A stretch of 64,000 bases of DNA from Azolla caroliniana (lineage: Eukaryota; Plantae; Polypodiophyta). The position numbers were made by a program, and so were the translations under genes. Below are positions 46,743-59,238 of the stretch, piece after piece (the stretch's first letter is position 1; each line of letters starts with the position of its first letter). The notes beneath the pieces are model-generated. The model ran no database searches. It was not told the origin of the DNA and worked only from the letters and a program-made list of their open reading frames with translations. The stretch lies in assembly GCA_043228905.1 (NCBI GenBank), contig JBHGNT010000007.1, positions 14,818,001-14,882,000 of the forward strand, in the 5' to 3' direction.

Positions 46743-49700
46743 CTAACCGCGCATCCACCAGCATGCGCCAAATCGAGTTGGGACGGAGAAAACCGGTTCC
46801 CCAATCGTCGGTTCTTCTTCGGTTTCGGATCGTTCGTCGTCCCGGTCCAGGTTAACCGGATCCGGCTCGTTGTCATGACGCTTCTTGAACGCTTTGACCC
46901 GCTTCCCCGCTACCAGTATCGCCATTCGCTTACCGTTGAGCTCCGCCAGATAGTACGTCCCGTTGTCGTTAGCGCTTTGTACCACGTAAGGCCCGAACCA
47001 CCTTCTTGCGAATTTCCGTGTCGCTCGGTGCTGGTTGTCGAGGTTGCTGTCGTAGACTAGCACCCAGTCGCCTTCCTCGATCTTCTTCGGTCGGAGCCGG
47101 TGCGTCCGGTCGAACCGGGCTTTGCTCCTCGTCCTAGCCACCCGAAGCTTTTCCGCAACCTGCTCCACGTCCTCCGGTCTCCGCTCGAGCTATCGTATGC
47201 GCGCCGTCAACAGTTCCTCCCGGCTCATCTCGTCTCTCCAATCCACGGTTGCCCACGAGGAGACCGTACGTTCGATCGGCATGATCAGCTTCTGCCCAAA
47301 CATGAGCTCTGCCGGCATGAATCTGGTTACCGAACTGTGCGTAGTCCGGTCAGCCCACAACGCGTAAGGCAGTAGCCGCGGCCAGTTCCCGACTTGACCT
47401 CCGCATGCCCGAACTAACGCCTTGACGATCGGTCCGTGTCTGCGCTCCACCTTCCCATTTGCCTCTGGATTGTACGCAGTGGTAAGCGAGAGCTTGACCC
47501 CTAACCGGTCGAACAGCTCCTCGGCCTCCTCGGCGTCCAACTCCCCGCGATCAGCCACGATCTTCCCGACGCACCCGTACCGGCATATTACGTCCTCGAG
47601 CAGGAACCGACATACGGCCGCAGTCGTTTTGTTCTGAAGGGCCCGGCCTTCCACCTGGTTCGTTAGATCTTCCCGAGCCAGGACCAGATACCGCATCTGT
47701 CCTACTCCTATTGGCATCGTTACCAGGTCTACCATCCATTTGAAGTGGATGGTCGGAGGGTACGTAGGGTGAAGTTCGTCCCGGTGTCGGACTATGGAGT
47801 GCATCTGACAGCTCTTGCAAGTTGTCACGAATCGATGCACGTCCCGGTACAGTCCCGGCCACCAGTACTTCCCCTTTATCTTCTCGAACGTGGCCCAGGT
47901 TCCACGGTGTCCGGCCCAAGGGCTGTCGTGGTAGGCCGTCAGCAGCTCCTCCTGTTCTTCCTTCATTGCCACCACCCGGAGCGGAGCGCCGTCCCTCTTC
48001 TTCGGGTGCTTCCATAAGTATCCGTCCCGGAGAAAGAATCGGTAAGCTTTCTTCCGGATCCGGTTGGCCTCGTCCTTCGTCCATGACGCATCCGGCGTCA
48101 TTGTCCTTAAGAATCCACCGATCTGGAGCCACTCGCCGTCGTACTTGCTCTCATCGAAGTCGTTAAGTGCCGGAATGCTCGTCCCATCGGTCGTCACATA
48201 CGCCGCCTCGAAGAAGTCCACGCTGACTTCTTCGTCCTCCGAAACCATGCCGCCCTCGTTATCAAACCTCGCCCTCGAAAGCATGTCGGCCATGGCGTTG
48301 TCCTTTCCGGAAATGTGTCGTATCTCCGGGTCCAGGGACTTGATGTACGCTATCCACCTGAGCATCGCCAGGTCCGGTGTCGCGCATCCGGAAACCATGC
48401 CGAGAATCGGCAGGCAATCCGTTTCGATAATCACTTCTGTCCCGATCAGGTAGTCTTTGTCCGCCTTTACCGCCGAAACGATACCCCAGAGTTCGTGTTT
48501 AACCTGGGCGTACCCTCGCTGTCGCTCACTGAGGACCTTAGCGCCGAATCGGGTCGGGAACCGGGTGCCGTCCTTGTCTTCTTGGTTGACGACCCATCCG
48601 ATCCCGGTGGGGCTCGTATCCACTGTTATGTATACCGGGGTACCCTTCTCGTAGACAGCCTTCCGGAGCGCCGGTGCTGCCGTAAGAGCCTCCTTCAGCT
48701 TCCGGACCAACCCCGTGTGCTCGTCTCGCCACTCGAATCTTTGCCCCTTCTTCAGCAACCCGTATAGTGGCTCCGCAACGTGGGCGTAATGCGGGATCCA
48801 TATGTGGTAGAACGCGCATGCCCCCAGGAACCTCCGAACTTCCGTTACCGAGCTACAGTCGGTCTTCATCGCGGAGATGGCTTCTACCTTTGCCGGAGAC
48901 GGCTTCCGGCCATATGGCCCACATAGATGCCCGACCACCAGGATTTCTGATTGCCCGAAGGCCGATTTCTCCCCGGAGAAGGTGAGCCTCGCATCCTCTA
49001 GCCTTTGTAGCACCTTCTCGCAGTCGTCGATGTGTGTTGCTACGAATCGCCGGCATCCGTCCGGCCCGAGTGTCTCGTCCTTCTCTTCCACCGGGCACCC
49101 CTTTATGGGGATGTCGTCTAGAAACAGCATGGTGATGTCCGGTATGCAATCCCTCAGTACTTTGTTCATTGCATTCACCATGTGGGCCACCAAGTTGGTC
49201 CCTCCTTGTGGCAGGGTACACATTCGCACTAGGCCGAGGGGAGTTCGCATTGTCATAATGTCTCTGCTCTCCACGGCTAGCTGGAACTGGTCGTACCCCG
49301 AGTACAGATCACCGACCGAGTAAATCGACCTTCCGGCGAAGGCCTCCGCGAACTCGTCTATGGTCGGTCCGATTCCTGCGTTTCGGATGGTCACTCTGTT
49401 GACCGGCTGCAGGTCCTGAATGAAGCGCAATGTTCCGTTTTTCTTTGGTACGGTAAACCATCGGTTCGAGTATGGCGCGCTCGATGGTTCGAGTATGGCG
49501 CGCTCGACGGTTCGAGAATACCCATATCGACTTTCTGCCTCAATAGCTCCATCAACTTCAGGATGTGAGCTCTCGGTACTGGAATCGGCTTGAGATTCCA
49601 CGGTACATGTGGTACCGTGAATATCACCATCGGCTCCACGATCGTCGGGTCTACGCACCCGATTTTTTCCGGCGAGAATGCGAAGGCTTTCCCGTGCCTC

Positions 49701-50176
49701 CCGAGCATTTTCCGAAACCGGTCTTCCTCCGCAGGCAGTAGGAACCCGCCCCCACCGATCCTGAGCTCCCGGAGCGTCCCGTCGGTGAAGGTGTGTCCTA
49801 TGCAGGCCGGGTCCCGTAAACTGGGGTCCGACGCCACCCCTCTGATTCGGGACTCGCTGCCCTCCGGCAAGGGTGCCACGACTGGCCTTACCTTCTGGTC
49901 CACAGTCTTGTACTTCGTGCTAACTCGGGCCGCCCGATCCGACCCGAGCCCCTGACTGAAGTTCGCGATGACTTCGTACATCTCTTCGGAACATACCGGT
50001 ATCGTCCGGTCTTCGTTAAGGTCTTCTCCGGCTACCTTCCTCAGCATTCCCAAGGTGTCGTCGAAGGAGACCGTCTCCACGGCTCCGCTGATTTCCTCGT
50101 CCGGGCCGAGAACTCCGCACGCTCGAAGTCGCACTTCCGCCCTTGTCTTTTCTCGGACGACGATGCCGACTATCAT
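46743..50176 (-). pseudogene. pol: Gypsy D pol (RT, RNase H, integrase)
   Basis: DLYSGYDQ, FLDDI, VDTSPTG, H..H..C..C, VDL/ADRG/VE, WFGPY; 23-bp duplication frameshift at 49463-49516; stop at 47190. Confidence 0.92.
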
Positions 50177-50280
50177 ACACCCTCCATTGTTGGAGAAGCA
50201 AAATTTTCTACCTATCGTATAGTCGTGGGGTCTTTACCGAGTGTCCGGACTGCCTCGGCCCCACGCCTTGGCAGCCCTCT

Positions 50281-52214
50281 CTAAAAATCCTCCCGGTTCT
50301 CGCCACCGAGGGATTCGCGGTTCCTCTCGTGATTCGGTCTCACAGTCAGAAATTGGACCGAATGGCGCCCGTCCTGGCTTTTGACCCTTGCGTAGGCCGA
50401 ACCGTTGTCTAGCACCTTGGTCTCCATTCGAGCTGCCGTGATGTATGGTTCCCCTAATATGACCGGGTGCGAGGACGTCTCCTGTACGAAGAAGTGCTGG
50501 TCAATCTCGACGTCGCCGATCTTGACTCGCACGTTCGGGCAGGCCCCATGCAGTTCCTCGGTGGCGCGCGTCGCCGCCCATATCTTCCACCCGTGCTTGG
50601 TGTTGATCGGCCACTTCCCCTTCTTATAGAAGTCCATGGACATCAGGTTTATTTCCGAACCGTGGTCCACCAGTGCCACCACCGGTTCCTGAACCTCTCC
50701 GATCTTTACCGGGGTCTCCGTGGTCGCTCGGGCCCAGTGTGGCCTCGAATAGTGGCTCTCCGCCCACTCATCTGCCAGCGCCGAGTCTTCGATGTGCGTC
50801 GTCCGTACCTCTACCGGTCTTTCCGGATCCGTCTCCGTCGACAGCCTCTTCCGTTTCACCAAGTCTACAATGGAGTCGTGGAACTCCTTCTTGGCGATCC
50901 CTAACACCTCTCGCAATGTCAGCTCCACTTTGCTGTCGAGGATCTGTTCTTCTAGGACCTTTCGTAGGTCCGTAGTCCTTTCTATTTCTGTCCCCAGTCG
51001 GTACCCACCCTTCCTGGGGTTATCTTGCGGGCCGGGCCCACCGGCATGGTTCCGTCGTTGCCCGAATCGGGTCTCGTACCGTTGTGAGGGCCCGGCCGCT
51101 CCGGCTTTCCCCACTCGTTTTTCTTCTACCATAGCCTCGTAGTTCCGGCAAGCGGCTTCTACGAAGCCCGTCTTCTCCTCGACCGGATCGCTCCACCCGG
51201 TTATTTCCCGGACCCGTCTCTCAGCACGGTCCGTTTCATCTTTCCTCAGCCGCGCGCCGGCGAGGCCTTCCAGCATTGCCGACCAGAAACCGTCTTTACT
51301 CTCCTTTCGGGCCTCGCTGCCCCCGACCTGAATACCGGTTGACGCCGAGTAGTGGATGGCCTCCACGTGTTGGGCCGCTGCCTCTTCCATCAGTCTCTTC
51401 ATACCTCCTCGCCCGTCGTTTCGGCTCAGGGCCCTCCTGGTGTCGCCAGCGTGCACCCGGCCTTCCCACAGGTACACCACCCGGTTTCTCAACGCCTCTA
51501 CGAAATCGCCGCAGTCCTTCCGAATGTGGCCGACCTCGTCGCACCACATGCACCTGTTCCCCGGTGCCGGCCGTCGGTCACGAGCCGGTTCGCCGCCTTC
51601 CCTTCGAGTCTGGGCGATCTGGAGATCCTTTATCGCCCGCGTCAACTCCTCTAGCGCTACTCCTCCGGACGAGCCATTGACCATGCTGGTCGAAGCCGGA
51701 CCGGTTTCGAGCCATTCCCGGGTTTCTTCCCTTCGCACTTGCGGTGCCGGTTCAAGCCTCCTTGCTGTAACAGAGCCCGCACCGGCCGCCCCGTTGTCAG
51801 CCCATTCTCGCCGTTTGTCGAAACGGCCACAGACTCTCTTAACCGCAGCCCAGCCGGTTGTCAGCCCGTCTTCAGTTTCCAGCAAGGAGCCGACTTGATC
51901 CCGGTCCCGCTCGTCCACCGACTTGACGAACAGTAGGACCCGGCTCGTATCCAGAATGGTTCGGTCAAGCGCCGAAAGGCGCGCAAAGTGTTCTTCGAAC
52001 TCTCCGAGGAGTGCCGACGCGTTTCTTCCTTTTCCGGGGGACTCCACCCATTCCATGAAGTCCCGTTTCGAAAGCCGGAGCGCGTCGTCCAGCCCATATT
52101 TCTCTAGGAGTCGGCCTTTGAACTCCTCCCAGGTACGGCTCTCCGCCCGTACCTCGAGCAGCTCCGCATGGATGCTCGGCATCGCCACTCGAGGGAACCC
52201 TGCAAGACGCCTCT
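50281..52214 (-). CDS. gag: Gypsy D gag-protease (N-terminus at 56783-56586, split by element E)
   Basis: CMWCDEVGHIRKDC, ALVDHGSEINLM, ILGEPY. Confidence 0.88.
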
Positions 52215-52786
52215 TGTTAAGAGTCTATTACTAATCAATAGACCAAATCAAGTAAAAAGGAAGAAAATAGATTGGATAGAAGAACCCGTTCCACCCGACC
52301 ACCCCCGAGCTATGATCTAGACATAGCCAACCTACCACCGACGTCCCATACCGCCGGATATTAGGATGACTAATACCTTGGAAGAGATAAACACGATCGT
52401 CGAGACGAAAGCCTAGCCTGCACCACCGGTGTCTACGACAGCAGCCTTCCGACGTGATGATCCTTATGAGGGTAGCTAAGCCTCATATTTATACCTTTTC
52501 CTAGGCCCCTTGAATAGATGTGCCTTTCTAAAAGGCTCTCTATTCATTGGTTGTCTAAATCATGATAGTGCATGCACATATCATTCATTCTATCCAATCA
52601 TTAGTCCCCTTTTTAATAATAGTGAACATACCCATCACTAATGTAAATATTAGTGACCTACCCTCACCAACGTTATGTGTACATAACATACTCCCCTACT
52701 TCAAAAGATTGCACTCTTGCAATATAAAGTGAGGAAATTGTGCCTTAAGCGAATGCTCGCGTTCCCATGTGGCATCATCAATAGGT

Positions 52787-54358
52787 TTATCCATCAATTT
52801 GATCTTGAATAGCCGAATCTATAGAGTCGAGTAATCGTTGCTCAAAATGTGGTAATTGTGTGGCGTCAATATTAAAATAATAAAATTGAACCGCAGGATC
52901 AATTACACACGAATAAATTAATGAACTAGAATACTCACTTAAAGATTTAGAAGACACAAGTGAATGAGAAGGAAGTTTGGAACATTGAATAAAATGTTTA
53001 CAATTATTAAGTTCAAATGTGATTGAGTGATTAACCCAATCAATGGACAAAGAAGGGTTTTTATTAAAAAACCAAGGATATCCTAAAATGACATCTGCGG
53101 ATTGTAATTTCATAACATGAAAATCAAGCTTCTCCAAATAAGTATCTATTTGAATTGGCAGTTGACAAACAATGCCACTGATGTATTGAACGTTTCCATT
53201 TGCCATGTGAACTTGATAGATATGATCACTTGCGTTTATGTGGAGCTCCATTTGCTGCACAAAGTGATCATTAAGAAAATTGTGAGAACTACCGGAATCA
53301 AACAAGAAATGTGCTTGTGTTCCATTGATATATCCGACTGCTCGGAGTAAATCATTAGGTCCAAGTAAATGTGAAGGAAAAGTGAATTCACATAAACTTA
53401 AGTGATTGGTATGAACTTCAACAATATCAAAAGACTCATCTGTGTGACTCGTAGATTTGTCTTGAGGAGGGGTGTTCATTGACTTCCTCTCAAGACGACG
53501 ACAGGTATCCTTTGTGTGGCCCCGCTTCTTGCAATATGCACAGAAGAGGTTCGGTTTCTTTGAGTCGCGGTCAAGAGTGTCACTGGATTGCTTACGTTTC
53601 CCAATGAACTTGACATTCGGAGTTTTGGCGAACTCAGGTTTATTGTGGTCTTTCTTGGAAGTCCTATGGTATCGCAGCACAATGTTGACGGCTTCCTCGA
53701 AAGTTGTGGGGTCCTTGTCATGGACAATCCAATGATAATCCCCATTGGGAATACCATTCAAAAAACAAGCGACAAACCATTTCTCACCCGTAAGTCCCGA
53801 TTTTTGGATCTGGGTCCGAGCGTGATGCACATAATCCTCGAGAGAGGTAAATGGCTTACTAGACAATGTGAGCAAGTGTTGCGCTTGTTCGGTTTGAGAA
53901 GGTGGCTGCAAGAATTGTTTCTTAAAAACATCAACGAAACCTTCCCAAGTTGTGGGTAAGTTTTTTGCGGTCCTTAGGCCACGCCACCAAACAGCAGCTT
54001 GGCCACCTAACTCACGACCGACATAACCAATTTTTACTGCATCGGGCTTGGGATGAAGCTCAAAGTGAGACTCCCAACGACCAAGCCAAGTGCTAATGGC
54101 CTCCTCGGTTCTTTCTTTCTTATCTCCCTTGAAAGGCGTGACTACGAAGGAAGGTTCACCTTCTTTCTTGGACTCAATAGTTAATTCTTGGAATTTCTTT
54201 TCCAATGCCATATTGGCCTGTCTCATTTCGGCCAATTGATTCAAGGTAGTAGTGAGCAATTGCTCAATAGTGATCTCAGCTTGTGTGCGAGATGCGGATT
54301 GGGGTTGAGAGGTCTCATTTGGAGAGATCGTTCCAACTGCGTTCAAAACTTGTTCCAT
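52787..54358 (-). CDS. gag: Element E gag-protease
   Basis: AAVWW..TWEGF, CAYCKKRGHTKDTC, FLFDSGSSHNF, DVILGYPW. Confidence 0.9.
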   Translation of the reverse strand: MEQVLNAVGTISPNETSQPQSASRTQAEITIEQLLTTTLNQLAEMRQANMALEKKFQELTIESKKEGEPSFVVTPFKGDKKERTEEAISTWLGRWESHFELHPKPDAVKIGYVGRELGGQAAVWWRGLRTAKNLPTTWEGFVDVFKKQFLQPPSQTEQAQHLLTLSSKPFTSLEDYVHHARTQIQKSGLTGEKWFVACFLNGIPNGDYHWIVHDKDPTTFEEAVNIVLRYHRTSKKDHNKPEFAKTPNVKFIGKRKQSSDTLDRDSKKPNLFCAYCKKRGHTKDTCRRLERKSMNTPPQDKSTSHTDESFDIVEVHTNHLSLCEFTFPSHLLGPNDLLRAVGYINGTQAHFLFDSGSSHNFLNDHFVQQMELHINASDHIYQVHMANGNVQYISGIVCQLPIQIDTYLEKLDFHVMKLQSADVILGYPWFFNKNPSLSIDWVNHSITFELNNCKHFIQCSKLPSHSLVSSKSLSEYSSSLIYSCVIDPAVQFYYFNIDATQLPHFEQRLLDSIDSAIQDQIDG

Positions 54359-55349
54359 GATGCACGCTGTGGGTATGCAATAAAATAAGGAGGTTCAGAA
54401 AATACACAAGCAAAATGAATGCTTGAAATTTTGATTGAAAGAACTTTATCCAAGAAAGTATCTCATGTCTTTACCCCTCTAGACATATGAGATGTGATTC
54501 GAGATCCGATAACTATGGTAACACTATGGTGTTTTAAAAACCATGGGGGAAAACATAGGTAAGATGTATTTCTCGGATCTCTATCTTGAGTAATCATGGC
54601 GGCTCCCCGAGGCTCAACCATGGTTCTTACATCAATGAAATTTCCTAGATAGCCTTATATTAATGCCAACCCATCATGTATTATATGGTCGAGAAAGTGT
54701 ATTACGTGAAAAAACAAGTGCACTCACAAGTAATATTCTAGTCTTGCGAGCAATAAGCAAACGTGATGATAAAATGATAAAATAAGGCACTACTCATAAG
54801 AGTTAAGTAGTGACGAAAACAAGGGTAAAAAAAAAGAACCCATGTGTTACCTACGAAAAAAACAATGTCACAAATAAATGGGAAGTGCAAGGTATGCACT
54901 TATACATCCCAATATGATTGTTATAACTTGCACAATTGTGACATAAGCCACAAATTGATACAAGTGATGACGGTGTTGTGCGCAAAGATGTAATACTCAA
55001 ATCCATGAGTAAAACATCAATAAGGGAACTCATATGGTTTTACTCGTTTTCTAAGGCTTGATGATAAGAGTTAACCTAGATGACCCGTTGAAAAAAAATC
55101 GTTCAACAAGCCACTCCATACGAAAAAAATAGTCTACACGTAAAGGTTACATTAAAAATAAACGATGTAAATACTTTATACATGAAAAGGAAGTGGAAAA
55201 AGGAGAGTTAATTGTGGGCGGGTAAATAATAATTACTAGAAAATCATATAAGTGAAACAATACTTATGAAATTAAAATTTAATTAGAATAATCAACAATT
55301 AGGTGTATGAAATCAAACATGCCCTAAGATACGAAACCCTAGGGTAGTT

Positions 55350-55672
55350 GACATGCACCTCCTCAAGACCACCACATATCCCTAGAATCGGCCAAGTAAT
55401 GGCTAATTAAAGAGGAAAGTGGCATAGGTAAGTGACATATACCTCGTCAAGGCCACATCATCCCTTAGAATCGGCCAATTGATGGCTAATTAAAAAGGAA
55501 AGTGGCATATGTAAGCTACATATACCTTGTCAAGGCCACAACATCCCATAGAATCGGCCAATTGATGGCTTAATAGAGAGTAGAGTGGCATAGGTAGGCA
55601 ACATACACCTCGTCAAGGCCACATCATCCCTTAGAATCGGCCAAGTGATGGCTCAATAGAGGGGAAGAATGG
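55350..55672. repeat. 82-83-bp tandem repeat, 4 copies, in the element E 5' UTR
   Basis: TAGAATCGGCCAA at about 55384, 55466, 55549 and 55632. Confidence 0.85.
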
Positions 55673-57011
55673 TATACTCAACATCATATGCAAAACGGCC
55701 ATGAGATAAGCATGTGCGATTAGAGCAAACACGCTCGACCCAATGCACAAGAATAATTATTATCGTAAGAGTTCAAGAGAGGAGAGAGTGGGATATATAT
55801 CGCAATATGCAAAAGGCCATGAGTTGAGCGTGTGCGATTAGTGCAAACACGCTCGGCCCGATGCATAATAATAAGTAAAATCGTAGCGTAGTAGGAGGTA
55901 GAAAGAAAGAGAATAAAACGTAATACCAATTTGATTCGACCATAAAGGACGCATAATAGAAAAAGAGAAGAGATCAAAAAAGAAGAATACCGGGTTTAGA
56001 GTGTTGTTTTGATCCTGAGAAGAGCATGACGAGCCTTGTTAGATCTCCCTCGCTCACACGCAAAAAACATCAAAACAACAAAAAAATTGTTAGTAAAAGC
56101 TCTGATACCACTGTTAAGAGTCTATTACTAATCAATAGACCAAATCAAGTAAAAAGGAAGAAAATAGATTGGATAGAAGAACCCGTTCCACCCGACCACC
56201 CCCGAGCTATGATCTAGACATAGCCAACCTACCACCGACGTCCCATACCGCCGGATATTAGGATGACTAATACCTTGGAAGAGATAAACACGATCGTCGA
56301 GACGAAAGCCTAGCCCGCACCACCGATGTCTACGACAGCAGCCTTCCGACGTGATGATCCTTATGAGGGTAGCTAAGCCTCATATTTATACCTTTTCCTA
56401 GGCCCCTTGAATAGATGTGCCTTTCTAAAAGGCTCTCTATTCATTGGTTGTCTAAATCATGATAGTGCATGCACATATCATTCATTCTATCCAATCATTA
56501 GTCCCCTTTTTAATAATAGTGAACATACCCTTCACTAATGTAAATATTAGTGACCTACCCTCACCAACATTATGTGTACATAACACCTCTCTTCCGGAAT
56601 GTCCCGCGTCAGCATTTCCGCCCCGTAGGACGCCAAATACTTCGTAGCATCCTTTCCGCTGAAACGGCCGATCGTACCGACGACCGCCTCAATGGCTCTG
56701 TCGAGGGCACCGGTGCCCTCGCGTGTGCTCAATATCCGATCCACGGCCGAAGCCATGGCCTCTGCAAGATCCGACCCCCTCATCTTCTGCTCTTCTACCA
56801 CCTCTTTCACGTCGGGTTCACCAAATATGTCGAGGTATTCCTCGCGGATGCGTGGAGTGAGGCGGGACCTCGGGGGTCCTATACCGAAGAGTAAGAGAGA
56901 GAGAGAGACCCACTACGTGCGAGCGTAGATTCACAGGGACACGGCCCTTCGACGCAAAGACGCGAGTGGGACAGCGACACAGAAAGACACGAAAGTATGT
57001 ATGTATATTCA

Positions 57012-58374
57012 AAACTCCTTCTTGGTGATCCCTAACACCTCTCGCAATCTCAGCTCCACTTTGCTGTCGAGGATCCGTTCTTCTAGGACCTTTCGTAGGT
57101 CCGTAGTCCTTTCTATTTCTGTCCCCAGTCGGTACCCGCCCTTCCTGGGGTTATCTTGCGGGCCGGGCCCACCGGCATGGTTCCGTCGTTGCCCGAATCG
57201 GGTCTCGTACCGTTGTGAGGGCCCGGCCGCTCCGGCTTTCCCCACTCGTTTTTCTTCTACCATAGCCTCGTAGTTCCGGCAAGCGGCTTCTACCAAGCCC
57301 GTCTTCTCCTCGACCGGATCGCTCCACCCGGTTATTTCCCGGACCCGTCTCTCAGCGCGGTCCGTTTCATCTCTCCTCAGCCGCGCGCCGGCGAGGCCTT
57401 CCAGCATTGCCGACCAGAAACCGTCTTTACTCTCCTTTCGGGCCTCGCTGCCCCCGACCTGAATACCGGCTGACGCCGAGTAGTGGATGGCCTCCACGTG
57501 TCGGGCCGCTGCCTCTTCCATCAGTCTCTTCATACCTCCTCGCCCGTCGTTTCGGCTCAGGGCCCTCCTGGTGTCGCCAGCGTGCACCCGGCCTTCCCAC
57601 AGGTACACCACCCGGTTTCTCAACGCCTCTGCGAAATCGCCGCAGTCCTTCCGAATGTGGCCGACCTCGTCGCACCACATGCACCTGTTCCCCGCTACCG
57701 GCCGTCGGTCACGAGCCGGTTCGCCGGCTTCCCTTCGAGTCTGGGCGATCTGGAGATCCTTTATCGCCCGCGTCAACTCCTCTAGCACTGCTCCTCCAGA
57801 CGAGCCATTGACCATGCTGGTCGAAGCCGGACCGGTTTCGAGCCATTCCCGGGTTTCTTCCCTTCGCACTTGCGGTGCCGGTTCAAGCCTCCTTGCTGTA
57901 ACAGAGCCCGCACCGGCCGCCCCGTTGTCAGCCCATTCTCGTCGTTTGTCGAAACAGCCACAGACTCTCTTAACTGCAGACCAGTCGGTTGTCAGCCCGT
58001 CTTCAGTTTCCAGCAAGGAGCTGACTTGATCCCGGTCCCGCTCGTCCACCGACTTGACGAACAGTAGGACCCGGCTCGTATCCAGAATGGTTCGGTCAAG
58101 CGCCGAAAGGCGCGCAAAGCGTTCTTCGAACTCCCGGAGGAGTGCCGACGCGTTTCTTCCTTTGTCGGGGGAATCCACCCATTCCATGAAGTCCCGTTTC
58201 GAAAGCCGGAGCGCGTCGTCCAGCCCATATTTCTCTAGGAGTCGGCCTTCGAACTCCTCCCAGGTACGACTCTCCGCCCGTACCTCGAGCAGCTCCGCAT
58301 GGATGCTCGGCATCGCCACTCAATATCCGATCCACGGCCGAAGCCATGGCCTCTGCAAGATCCGACCCCCTCAT
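57012..58374 (-). pseudogene. gag: Duplicated, truncated Gypsy D gag
   Basis: Near-identical to 50882-52190; fused to a partial LTR at 56828-57012. Confidence 0.9.
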
Positions 58375-59238
58375 CTTCTGCTCTTCTGCCGCCTCTTTCA
58401 CGTCGGGTTCACCAAATATGTCGAGGTATTCCTCGCGGATGCGTGGAGTGAGGCGGGACCTCGGGGGTCCTGTATCGAAGAGTAAGAGAGAGAGAGAGAC
58501 CCACTACGTGCGAGCGTAGATTCACAGGGACACGGCCCTTCGACGCAAAGACGCGAGTGGGACAGCGACACAGAAAGACACGAAAGTATGTATGTATATT
58601 CAAGACAAACAACAAGAACACGAAGACAACAAAACACGAAGTTGGTTACAACCGAACATGCCGGCGAACAGATGCCGATACCTGCTCGTAAACGCACAGA
58701 GGGGGATGAGTAGGTTGGAGGTGCTGCCGGAAGCGCTCGGGCATTCCTCAGAGCAACGCGGGCCTCCCGAAACCTGCATAGAAGGAAGCTATGGCGCTTG
58801 CAACCAGAAAGAGAGAGAGAGAGAGAGAGAAGCCTTCGCACGCAAACCGACAGCACTTCGTCCTCGACTCTCCGCGATCCCCTTTTCTCCTCCTTGTCTC
58901 CCTCCTTTTATAGGCTAGGAAGGAGCCGTTTCCCCTTTACTTCCTACCTACCAAATCTGCCCGCCTAGGATCTCCTATGTACAACATAAGGCGCACGTGC
59001 ATGAAGAGCCGGTTCCTACGCTCTGGTGCACCGATTCCGCTTGTGGACGGTTTTCTTCACGACAACGTAAGCGCAACCTGTGAGAAGGAGTCGGTTGTAG
59101 CCGTCTCCCCTTACACACAGAGGAGTCACAGAGGTTCTCTCCTTACGTAGTACGATTAAGCTCTGTTCGTTGTTCCACACCCACCTTGGGGTCTAGGTCG
59201 AACGACTGACCACGGACTGTGTTTCCTAAGAGGCAACA

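Larger units (their letters stand above)
52215..56585 (-). mobile_element. Element E: non-autonomous chromoviral Gypsy (gag-protease plus chromodomain remnant; no RT, RNase H or integrase core)
   Basis: 474-bp LTRs 52215-52688 and 56112-56585; PBS-Met 56099-56110; PPT about 52691-52698; TSD CCTCT. Confidence 0.93.
46088..59064 (-). mobile_element. Gypsy D, tRNA-Trp-primed, with a partial internal duplication
   Basis: LTRs 46088-46731 and 58419-59064; PBS 58397-58414 and 56806-56823; TSD ACGT at 46084-46087 and 59065-59068. Confidence 0.93.
39162..59238 (+). mobile_element. Gypsy C (Athila/Tat-like non-chromovirus) with internal deletion and an extra 3' ORF
   Basis: TSD CTCAC at 39157-39161 and 59239-59243 restores the LINE. 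Truncated 5' LTR 39162-39320; 3' LTR 45815-46087 plus 59069-59238. Confidence 0.88.
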
